Positions 10,390-20,382 of a stretch of DNA of 64,000 bases are shown piece after piece (positions within the stretch are counted from its first letter, which is position 1; each line of letters opens with the position of its first letter). Location of the stretch: NCBI RefSeq assembly GCF_964188315.1, contig NC_135655.1, positions 59,148,001 to 59,212,000 of the forward strand, written 5' to 3'. Origin of the DNA: Podarcis muralis. Taxonomy: Eukaryota. A program made the position numbers and the translations under genes. Below the pieces are notes generated by a model. The model did not search any database. It was not told the DNA's origin and saw nothing but the letters and a program-made list of their open reading frames with translations.

Positions 10390-11926
10390 CTGATCACTCT
10401 TTTTTAAGTTTAAAGGAAGAAAGAGTGAAATGTAACAAGCTTTGCCATATGTAAGCTATATAAAATTGTGGCTGGTAAATGTCTATAGTGCTTCTATATA
10501 GTGGACATTTAGTCCTGGAGGCCATCTGGCTGAATATATTTCTACCTCTCAAACCATTCTTAAACCCATGAAAAATCATTGCAATGTCATGTGCTAGATA
10601 AGCTGACATATGCTTCTGGCGCTATGCTGGTTTTTAAAGCACAGTGGTCATTCTAAAAGTACCGGTAAGTGCCCAAAGGTTATATGTGTTGATAACAGAC
10701 AGAACAGAATCTGAGGAGGAGGAGCAGGAAATCTTAATTTTTCCTGATGAATAAAGCCTGAAAAAAACCCTAAGGATGTAGCTTAGTTCACAGTTCATGT
10801 CTTTCCCCCTTTACTAGAATCATCATTGAAAGAGAATTAGGGGTGGGTAGAGGCATGTAAGTTGAGATCAATATATAATTTCCCAACCATTCAGTGGGGG
10901 GGGGGGTCTGGTGGTCTTGGTGCAACAACAGGCAGTGTGTATCCTAGAGGTCTGATATCAAGTGGTATGTAAATTTACTATGTCTGTTGGACCCGGCTCC
11001 TGTAAAGTCAGGGAACCAAAGCAGGAAACAGCAGCAAGCTAAGTCTTTTCATTGCTTGGTGCAAAAGAGCAAATCTGAGTCATTTAGAGTTTATCATACT
11101 GCATGTTCTGCCTGGCCCATTGATGATCAAGAGGTGATTTTGCCGTTCCGGTTAGTTATTGTTAGTGATGTTGCTGGAATTTATAATTACTTGGTGTATG
11201 AATTTGTGCAGCTCATTCATGCTTAGCTGCCTCATGAATTTGGCATCATTTCCTCCAAGTTCTGCTTTAGCTCAAAATGTAAATAAGATTCTGATCAGGA
11301 GACGAGAAAAAGAAAGTCAGCTGGTGCATATAGTATGTATACTGTGTATGTTGAAGTTATTTATTATTAACCCTTTATTCTCAAGGAGAGTGATGTTGAT
11401 TGTTGTGAAAACACATGAATCAGCATCCTAAATATTCTATATTATATTCTCTAGTTACAGGATCTGCATGTGGATTATATACTTGCAGGGAGAGAGTAAG
11501 CGGAGAATGATAAAAAGCTTTCTCTATATTTTAAAAAATGTTTGCCTAAGCTTACCGTTTTGACTTAAGGTTTCTAATATACTATAGAAAATAAATTCTT
11601 AGCCCTTGGCAGAGCTTGCCAGGTTATTACTTTTGCCAGCTGTTCCCAGTACCAGGGTAAGCTATCAGGTTTAAAGGCAAGAACTGCAGCTTGCTACTTC
11701 CCTTTTATGTGTCAGTAGAGAGTAACAATCTGAAGATTTCCCCCCTCCCCATAGTTATCTGGGCACTTTTTAAAAAAGGGATTTAATTGTAGAAATAATG
11801 AAATACATTTATCAGCTCATATCTGCTGAGTTAAATGCAAACACTGCCTTTTGTTTTCTTGGGGGGAAATGCAAATAATGCCACTGATAATTTAAACTTT
11901 CCATATAAGCAGCAAGATGGAACTTT

Positions 11927-11953
11927 TAAACTAAACTAAAACTAAACTAAAAC
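11927..11953. repeat. Imperfect (TAAAC)n microsatellite
   Basis: taaactaaactaaaactaaactaaaac. Confidence 0.8.
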
Positions 11954-12231
11954 ACACCCTTCTCAACAAAATGAATCTGTAGAAAAGCAGTATCAACTGC
12001 TTGCCAAGAATTCAACACTCTACAGAAATTTTTATTTATTTATATGTTTATTGAATTTATATACCGCTTTAATACCTGGAGGTCTCAGGGCTGTTCAGAG
12101 GTACTGAGGTGCAGCCCTTTGTCATAATTGTATATATGTTCAGTAACTGAGACTTCTAAACACACCAGTTGGACAGAGAAATAAAGGCCCTTATTTCTGG
12201 TTTAGTATCAGAGTTTTCCTTCTCCTAAATG

Positions 12232-12367
12232 CAGTGGCGTAGCGTGGATTGTCAGCACCCGGGGCAAGGCAAGTAATTTGCGCCCCCTAACCCGTGGATT
12301 TGCCCTAACCCCAGATGTTGCGCCCGGTGCGGCCGGCCCCCCCTGCACCCCCCACGCTACCCCACTG
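12232..12367 (+). mobile_element. hAT MITE, 136 bp
   Basis: TIR CAGTGGCGTAGCGTGG / CCACGCTACCCCACTG; perfect 8-bp TSD CCTAAATG (12224-12231, 12368-12375); CpG-rich, so probably young. Confidence 0.93.
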
Positions 12368-13979
12368 CCTAAATGGGCGACCTTCGCAGGTTGGTGAGCT
12401 CCCATCTTTCCCCTATTGCATGTTGACAGCTTCTAGGAGCCACAGTTGAGAGCTGAGTGCAGGGTGGGAACCAAAGGTGGACAAACTATCCCAGGAGGTG
12501 CATGACATATCCCCCAGCAGAGGTACTACCCCTTTCCTAACACCCCATGCACCCCACTAATGTCTTTTACATTTAAAACAAGATTAAAATCAATTTAAAA
12601 TTGGCCATTACCCATTTACAATTGTGTAAAGGTTGCTTATGGATTTTAATTGCTTGGACTGCAAACTTTGTGATTGATTCAGTTCCATAAGAATGCCACT
12701 TACTGTACCACTCTACAGACCTTTGTGGGAAGGGGCAAAGGACAAACCAGCCTGGTTCTTTCATCTCAATACAAGTAGGATCACAGTGCCAAAGCTGGGG
12801 TGCAAGAGGAGAGGGGAGAAGAGGGGCAAGAAGAGGAGGGCTTGGCCCTGACACTTTTTCCTAGCTTCATAAACCATAATATTCTGAACCAGGGCAGTCT
12901 GTCTTTGTATGTGGGAGATTCCGTTTAGTCTATAATTACTGAACTGCTCCCCTGAATAGATGATATTGTGTTAAATGATGCAAGATTTTGCTTGGATAAC
13001 AGACACTTTCTCACTTTTCTTTCTTTTTTTATTGGAATGAGGATACTTTTAGTCAGATTTTTTTTTTAAATACTGAAACTTCTCGTCCCAAGTGGATTTC
13101 CAAATTGACGTGACAAGGAGTTCAAAACAATGGATCTTTTGTCTTTTATTATAATTGGTACATGAAAATGTTATGGGTGAAGCAATTCATAAAAGAACAG
13201 TAGCAGTGATTTTACAAAACTATGTTGTCAACAGCATATTGCAATTTTCTTAAAAAAAAATGTCAGAATATTATAATGAAATGTATTATGAAATATGTAA
13301 ACATTTCTTTTAGATTCAAGTATTTCTTTCATTTGTCAAAAGTGTCCCTCAGGAGAAGTGTACCTTGAAATGTACAGATGCTGTATCTTTAAACTCTGAC
13401 AAATTTATAAGGTTGGGGTTTTTATAGCCATTCACTGATTCCCTGCCCCCTTTCTGTAATCTTTCTTAAAGCCATCTCGCCGCCTCACATTCTGAGCATG
13501 TTACGATTCTGATTCTGGCACGGCACTTATTAACACACATTCTGCTTGCTGGTTGATGGCCTCACTGCCAGATGCTGAAATCCCTGCGTGAGAGGGACCA
13601 GAATTTCACCCTGAAATAGCACATGGCAACCCAAAGGCCCAGAAAACATTCTTTGTTCATGATATACACCCATTTGCAATAATGAAGGCAGTGTTGTATT
13701 CCGAGGTACCTAAAACACAAATTGAAGAGGCTTCTTTAGCTCCAGCGTCACAAACAAGCTTAATAGGGTCCCACCCTACAAAGCTGTCAAAAACCAAAAT
13801 GCCAAGTGTGTAGGGACTTACCCTGTTGCTTAAGGACTGCTGTTCAAATACCGGTACATGTCTGGGAGTAGTGGTGCAGCAGTATCAATGGCTGCTTCTG
13901 TATCGGGGCTGGGACTAGAATGAAATGCATGCATCTTTCTGATGTTTCCTCAGATCAGTTGTGTCTTAATTGTTCTTAG

Positions 13980-14006
13980 CACTCCAAACCATGTTTAGTG
14001 GGGCAG
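13980..14006 (+). other. Candidate 27-nt microexon (unverified)
   Basis: gtcttaattgttcttag|CACTCCAAACCATGTTTAGTGGGGCAG|gtgagt; consensus donor, length 3n, open in two frames. Confidence 0.2.
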
Positions 14007-15205
14007 GTGAGTACAGCACAAAGGATTTGCCAGCCATTTCGTAAGCTCAACTTTCTCTAGTACTCCTATTCTCCAGGGATGCTTGAGCAGCGGTTCTGGG
14101 AAGCTGTTGATCTAGAAGGAAACTTCCCTTGTCCTGGACAAGTGGCTTAAGAAGTACTTGTGCTTGATTGTACGAGGTGGTCTGCTGCCAAGCTCTCAGT
14201 GGCCCAGCCCATGAAACTGAAATGTCTGTCTCTTTCTTCAGGGAATGGTGTATTAGGCTAACTGCTTGATCCTGCGTAATCTTTCTCAGAGTTATTCCTT
14301 GATAAATATTTCATGAACAAGTTTTTTCAACTTTTTTCAGTTAACAGATACACACAGTACTCTTTTCCAGAGGAATTTCATTTCAATTGAGCTTATTTTA
14401 AAACGTTAATGCTCACAGCTGAAGAGTTTTCTGTGGCATATGGAAGTCTTAATATGCATACACCTAAAATATACGTAACCTTTTTTATTGTTAGGTCAGC
14501 TTGTCCCTTATTTACTCCAGTTGATGCCAGACTATTTTGTACTGGTTTAATGCTTGCTGTGAGCTCTTCTGGCAGTATTTGTCCAATGATATTTTTCTTT
14601 GATGTTTAGAGCTTTTAGCTAAGCATATAATGGAATGGGTAAAAGGGGATTATTCAGTTCTAGAAAGTAGGCTGTGTTTTATATGATGGGTTTTGCTGCC
14701 TGCAACTTGTTTTTAAAGTGAAAGTGTTAGATTCAAAATTGCAGACTTGAGGTTTCTAAATTGGAACAAGCTCAGGAAATTAGCATTTACAGGGTATCCT
14801 CTGAAACTGCCTGTGTATTTTGGGCATGTTTATTTATAAATATCATTTCACTAATGCAACATATTTGCCACGTAAGTTTATTCAAAAATTTAATTGTCTC
14901 CTTCTTTGCTGCACATATTCATCGTTCCTGAACACAGTAGTGATTCAGTTTGTAGGATGCTTGAGAACCCTGTAGAATGCCTCAGAAATTTTTCATACTT
15001 GTGAAACTTTGCATAATATGTGTGTATAGGCCTCATCCCCAGCCACCTTGAGTCCTGGGATGCCTGGAGAAGGGAGATTTGAACACAAATCTGGTCCTTC
15101 CTCACTTAAGAACCTGCTGCCACCAGATAAAGTGGATTATTTTTTTAAGCTGCCCTTTATCAATCCTCCTAAAATCTTTCCTAGCACCTCCCTGAAGCCT
15201 CTTAA

Positions 15206-15558
15206 AAAGGTAAAGGACCCCTGACAGTTAAGTCCAGTTGCGAATGACTCTGGGGTTGCGGCACTCATCTCGCTTTACTGGCTGAGGGAGCCAACGTTTG
15301 CCCGCAGTTTTTCCGGGTCATGTGGCCAGCCGCTTCTGGCGAAACCAGAGCAGCTCACGGAAACGCCATTTACCTTCCTGCCAGAGCGGTACCTATTTAT
15401 CTACTTGCACTTTTTGGTGTGCTTTTGAACTGCTAGGTTGGCAGGAGCTGGGACCGAGCAACAAGAGCTCACCACATCACAGGGGTTTGAACCGCTGACC
15501 TTCCAATTGGCAAGCCCTACGCTCAGTGGTTTGGACCACAGTGCCACACGCATCCCCT
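15206..15558 (-). mobile_element. Sauria SINE
   Basis: Reverse-complement tail AAAGGTAAAGG and core TATTTATCTACTTGCAC; 13-bp TSD TGAAGCCTCTTAA at 15193-15205 and 15559-15571; small internal deletion relative to the 58542 copy. Confidence 0.95.
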
Positions 15559-15805
15559 TGAAGCCTCTTAATGTAACATAATTTATGGTTTCTATGTTTA
15601 GGGGTGTTCTAAACAAGATGAGTCCATCACTGGCTTAGGAAACAAAAAGTTTACTAACACAAAATAAGAGTTTTAGGAAAAGGATATTCGATGGAAAAGA
15701 TTCAAAAACCAGCATATTCTACAACAAAACAAAAGGTAACACTCTTCCGGGGGTGGGTTGTACTTCATATGTCCTTCATATGTTATCCTTGATGACTCTG
15801 AAAAA

Positions 15806-16002
15806 CAGTGGTGTCCAAACTTTTTTCAAAGAGGGCCAGATTTGAAATGAAGGGCTGTGAGGGCCAACCAATGTTGTTGACCTATTATTAAGGATTGAAG
15901 TTGTTGAGCTTTTTTTTTAGGATTTTACCCCAGAAAATAAACAGCCACAGGAGCTGACCGGCGGTCCAGATTAGGTCCCTGAAATGGATTTCGGACATGC
16001 CT
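15806..16002 (+). mobile_element. hAT (Charlie-like) non-autonomous element
   Basis: Left end CAGTGGTGTCCAAACT, degenerate right end TTTCGGACATGCCT; putative TSD CTGAAAAA / CTGTAAAA (7/8). Confidence 0.65.
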
Positions 16003-16490
16003 CTGTAAAACCTTTGGTGCCTTCAGAGTCCTGTCTTGAACTGCCTGCCCCAAAGCCAGTCTTCTTAGAAATGGCCTCTTCTTACCAGCCTCTTCCACAT
16101 CATGAGCTGTGCCCACCAGGTTACAGGCAGCAGGAGGTTTTACTTTGGACAAGAAAAGTGCTGCATCTAACATCTTCAATAAATTCTTCCTGTTTCTCAT
16201 TAAAATAGAAATATTGGTCCTCTGTTGGTGATTACCACAAAACCAATTGCATTCTGGTTAGGGATGCACAAGTATCTTTATTTGTGTGTGTTCCAAGAGA
16301 GCTCTTAAACACACCCATGAGGTTTCCACCATGCCTTCCCTCTTCCACTACCTGAAGGGAATGGTTACAATCTAATAGATGAAGAGAAAGGCAGAGGCAG
16401 CGCTGAGTGTTCACAGCCTCCAGCAGAGTGTCTTTCCCACCAAAGATGGAGGCTGGACCTATAAAGAGGAAAGTGAAATTGTATGTGTTC

Positions 16491-16754
16491 TGTTAAGTTG
16501 TGGGTGAACATATCAGACGACACAGCGATTCTTCAGACAGCACTTGTTTATTCACAGGCCGGAACAGAACTGAACTGAAGGGTTCAGCCAGCCTGTTTAT
16601 ATAGAGCTCCACTACAATGCAACAGTAACAACTTTCTGAAACTATCCAATCAGTGAATGTCACTTTCAATTCCTTATTTGCATATGTGGACCTGAGTGAA
16701 AACTATTTACAGTATTCCCCTGCTGTCCCAGGGTGAGAACTTCAGTACATAACA
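16491..16754 (-). mobile_element. Solo LTR of an LTR retrotransposon or ERV
   Basis: TGTTA...TAACA termini; perfect 5-bp TSD TGTTC (16486-16490, 16755-16759); on the minus strand ATGCAAAT (16676-16683), CCAAT box (16646-16650), TATATAAA (16596-16603), AATAAA (16547-16552), in LTR order. Confidence 0.9.
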
Positions 16755-18780
16755 TGTTCCAACCAGTCTTCAGCTGGAAAAGACCATTTTTTCCTGTGAC
16801 CTGAGAGCATCTTCACTATGGCCTTTTACAACTATTTTTCTAATGTTCACCTTCAAACAGTGGAAAGGTGGAAACTGGTAGCAGGACTGACCACCAACCT
16901 TCCTTGTGAGTGTTTGAAGGCAGGTCTTCAGCTTTATGAGTACCTGTCCTCAAATGCTTGTATTGTCTCTCGTTTTGCTATCTGCAGTGTGCTTAGAACA
17001 TGTAATGTTGGAAGAAGTGGTGGAAAATGTGGGAAGAACTTGCATATAGGAAATGGCCATAGCAAAGTGAGTGGGTGCCAGAGAATGTTGGAAGCTGCTC
17101 AGAGTGGCTGGGGCAACCCAGTCAGATGGGTGGGGGTGAAAATAACAAAATTATTGTTATTGTTATGTCATAGGGAGGGTGTGTTGTTCCAGCAGCCAAG
17201 CACATCAAACGAAACTGCCCTTCCAGTTCTATCAAGAAAGAACAACAATGTGTGATTAAGATCCAATTCTTTGTTCTATTGATATGTAAGTGTGACTAAG
17301 TAATTCCAAAACATAAAGTAGGTTGCTAGTAACAGAAAACTCATAACTGTAATTAGTGAATATGGGAGCATGCCAACAGTAATCTGGCTTTCGCTCACTT
17401 AGTGGCAGAAATGAAATCTTGGTTGGCCACAACAAAACATCTTTAGCAGTTAATATGGATTAGATAGCAGCATGATTATACATGCATCAGGCAAAGGCTA
17501 TAAAGCAAATTTCATATGTCTGTTGGATTCATGGAGCCAAGGGAATTGGGAGCACAGCTGTCATCATTTGACTTTTTTGCTGCTGATGGTGGTCGCTTCC
17601 AACTCGTATGCAATTAATACATATGGCAGCCAACTGGCTATACTGAAGCATCTTTCCAATTTCTTAGACAGCCCTGAGGCTCTATTATCTGTCTATTCCA
17701 TGGAAGCATTTTTTAAAAAAATAAAAAAAATTGCCTTAAGGATTTTTTTTTGAGCTGCCATTCATTTGCCTCTACTCTAAGGATTATTCAGTGTCTCTTT
17801 CCTCTGGGTTTTTGCATTTCCCATTCAGAACCTTGGCATTCTTAGAAATCCATGTGTCCTGCATTGATGGAGAGAAACCCTGTGAGCAATGTGGAAATAG
17901 CCCCCTGAAAAAGAGGGCTGGAAATTCTACCTACTCTAGAATTTGAGCAATCAATTCAAAAGATGGCAGTAGAAATGACTCATGTCATTTTTTTATGAAC
18001 TGTAATCCAGTGGGCATATTGAGCCAGATATCTGTCTGTCTGTCTGCCTGCCTCTATTCCCCAAATGTTTATAAATCACTTGGATTTGCTGCTCTTTATA
18101 CAGTCTAGCACCAGCTTCCAAAAACGCTGCTGCTCTGAACAGAAGGCTGCCTCCCTACTTGCATTCAGCACAGTGAAATGATTCACTAAACACCTCAAAT
18201 TTACATCTGTTATTCAATAGAAATTCAAATAGCAAGACAGTCTGGCTGTACTGGAATCTTGCCTTCTCTCCTCCTCCTCCTCCTCCTCCTCAGTATCATA
18301 AACGTTCCCTTTGTCCACTTTACCTGGCATGGTGTCCTTTGGTTCAAGAGAAATGCCTGAACCACCATTCCAGTTACATCAACTACTTGTTCATACCACA
18401 AATGTGATTCTCTTTGTTCCCTTTCTTTTCATTTCTTTCCAGCTGATTAGTTGGCCCCACAGTTGCCGAGATCCGGCTTCTGATAACATCTATTAAATCT
18501 GTCTAAAGAGTTAGCTGCCTGAATTAATAGACCATTTAAGATTGTAATTTTATGGCTTTGTATTATAGCTCTACCTACATCTGATTGGAAAATGCCATGT
18601 ATTGTGAATACTGCCCTCCCCAACAGTTGCCCTTTCATCAGGTGCAGCAAAATGCCATGTCCTTTCCCGCCTCTGATTGCCTACAAGGAGATGAAATGAA
18701 AGACCCTGGTTTGAGCTTAGATGCTTCTACAAATTGAACAGAATTCGAGGAGTTAATTCCTTTGACGGTTTAATGCTGCG

Positions 18781-19255
18781 GTGAGCATAGAAGGGCCTGC
18801 TCCCTCTGCAAGACCTTCACCATCTGGCCTACGGGGAGGGGGCCAGGCCTTCACACTCCCAGCTATAAAGACTCCTGCTGCAGTGAAGGCTGGACCATCA
18901 GCTGTGGTGAGGACTGCAGGGCCTGCTCCCTTTGCAAGGCCGTCACCAGCTGGCCTGGGGGGGGGGCGGACTCACTGGAACGAACTCTGGGGCAGTGCTG
19001 GGTGGGGTGTTCTGCTATTGTTTCACTGCTCCAAGTGTCTAGTGTTTTTTAAAAAAATTAAGCAGCTTTTAATCTGTGGGGTTTCAAATTTTACCTGTCT
19101 TTTATTTTTTTTAATTAGGTTGGGGTTGTTTTCAATGCTTAGATGGGGGTGGCGGTTATTTTAATTGTGTCTGTAGTTGAAAATTGTGTTTTGAGTTTCT
19201 TTAAATTTTCTAGTGGTTTACTGGTTTGTTTTGTTGTTGCCTTAAGAGAACTTAT
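18781..19255 (+). mobile_element. Probable LINE (L2-like) 5' region with GC-rich internal repeat
   Basis: Two ~55-bp copies AGGGCCTGCTCCCT(C/T)TGCAAG(A/G)CC.TCACCA.CTGGCCT followed by a T-rich segment, lying upstream of the APE fragment at 19930 once two hAT inserts are removed. Assignment is inferred. Confidence 0.35.
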
Positions 19256-19263
19256 TTTTAAGG

Positions 19264-19515
19264 CAGGGGTCAGCAAACTTTTTCAGCAGGGGGCCGGTCT
19301 ACTGTCCTTCAGACCTTGTGGGGGACTGGACTATTTTTTTTGGGGGGGGGGATGAACGAATTCCTATGCCCCACAAATAACCCAGAGATGCATTTTAAAT
19401 AAAAGGACACATTCTACTCATGTAAAAACACGCTGATTCCCGGACCATCTGTGGGCCGGATTTAGAAGGAGATTGGGCTGGATTTGGCCCCCGGGCCTTA
19501 GTTTGCCTACCCATG
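19264..19515 (+). mobile_element. hAT MITE (same family as 5114-5437)
   Basis: CAGGGGTCAGCAAACT / AGTTTGCCTACCCATG; perfect 8-bp TSD TTTTAAGG (19256-19263, 19516-19523); one copy of the internal unit. Confidence 0.93.
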
Positions 19516-19759
19516 TTTTAAGGGATAGGTTCAGGGCTGCCCTGGGAGTGGGCCTTAGCCAATAGGATGGCTGGGGCAGGTTCCACTGGGGGGATGCATT
19601 GGGACACCTGTTCTCAGTGATCATGGGTAGGAGGAGGAGTTATGCTAGGGCCAGACCATGTCATTACCGAGGAGGCAGGTTTAGTCGTTGTTAGAAGACT
19701 ATCCCTGCCTCCATGTCGGGTCCTGACCGGAAGGATACCAGAATCAACAAGGGTGTCCC

Positions 19760-19911
19760 CAGTGCTTTTTTTCTTTAAAAAATGTTTAGGGGTACTCTCA
19801 TTTTGACTCAAGAAAATCACCATTTTATAGTTCAAATTGGGAAAAATAAATACAGTAAATGGACAAAAGTACAAAGATTCACAAAATACATCCCCCCAGA
19901 AAAAAGCACTG
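19760..19911 (+). mobile_element. hAT MITE, AT-rich
   Basis: TIR CAGTGCTTTTTT / AAAAAAGCACTG; TSD GGTGTCCC / AGTGTCCC (7/8). Confidence 0.85.
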
Positions 19912-19929
19912 AGTGTCCCATATGACCTT

Positions 19930-20126
19930 AAAGTGCTGCTGTGCAATGCCAGGTTCACAAGACCTCTGCCATTCATTAATTAATCGTGGATGGAGGAATT
20001 GACCTGGCTTGTGTAATGGAGACTTGCTTGGACGAGGCAGATGGACCTGTTCTTGCCGCTGCTTGTCCACCAGGTTTCTCTTATGCACAGCAACCCAGGT
20101 CATGTGGGCGGGAGAGGGGTTTTTAG
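19930..20126 (+). mobile_element. LINE (L2/CR1 group) APE endonuclease N-terminal remnant
   Basis: KVLLCNAR, then after a frameshift HKTSAIH*LIVDGGIDLACVMETCLDEADGPVLAAACPPGFSYAQQPRSCGR, matching the APE N-terminal pattern (N.R...D...ETWL...PPG.S...R..GRGGG); contains a stop codon. Confidence 0.85.
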
Positions 20127-20146
20127 TGATTCTTACGAAGGCCGAA

Positions 20147-20382
20147 CCTTACATTTGTCCCTATTGAAATTCATTTTATTAAGGTCTTCTGGAATTCTTA
20201 TTCTGTTTTCAGTGGCATTGACTACCCCTTAGTATCTTCATCCAAGTTATTTATAAAGATGTTGAACGATAATGGGCCCAGGACAGAACCCTGCGGCACA
20301 CAACTTGCCACTATTTTCCAAGATGACAAGGGACCATTAGTGAGCACTGTTTGGGTTTGGGCTGTCAACCAGCTAGAAATGC
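20147..20382 (-). mobile_element. CR1 LINE reverse-transcriptase fragment
   Basis: Minus frame [48 protein letters not shown], then a deleted and degenerate continuation ending TTCAATAGGGACAAATGTAAGG. Confidence 0.88.

Noticed and set aside
16818-17255. Longest supplied ORF (145 aa)
   Set aside because: No domain, compositionally random, and no splice or Kozak support; a chance frame.
18589-18660. 12-bp direct repeat AAAATGCCATGT, 60 bp apart
   Set aside because: Too short to separate a TSD from chance, and the 48-bp interior has no element features.
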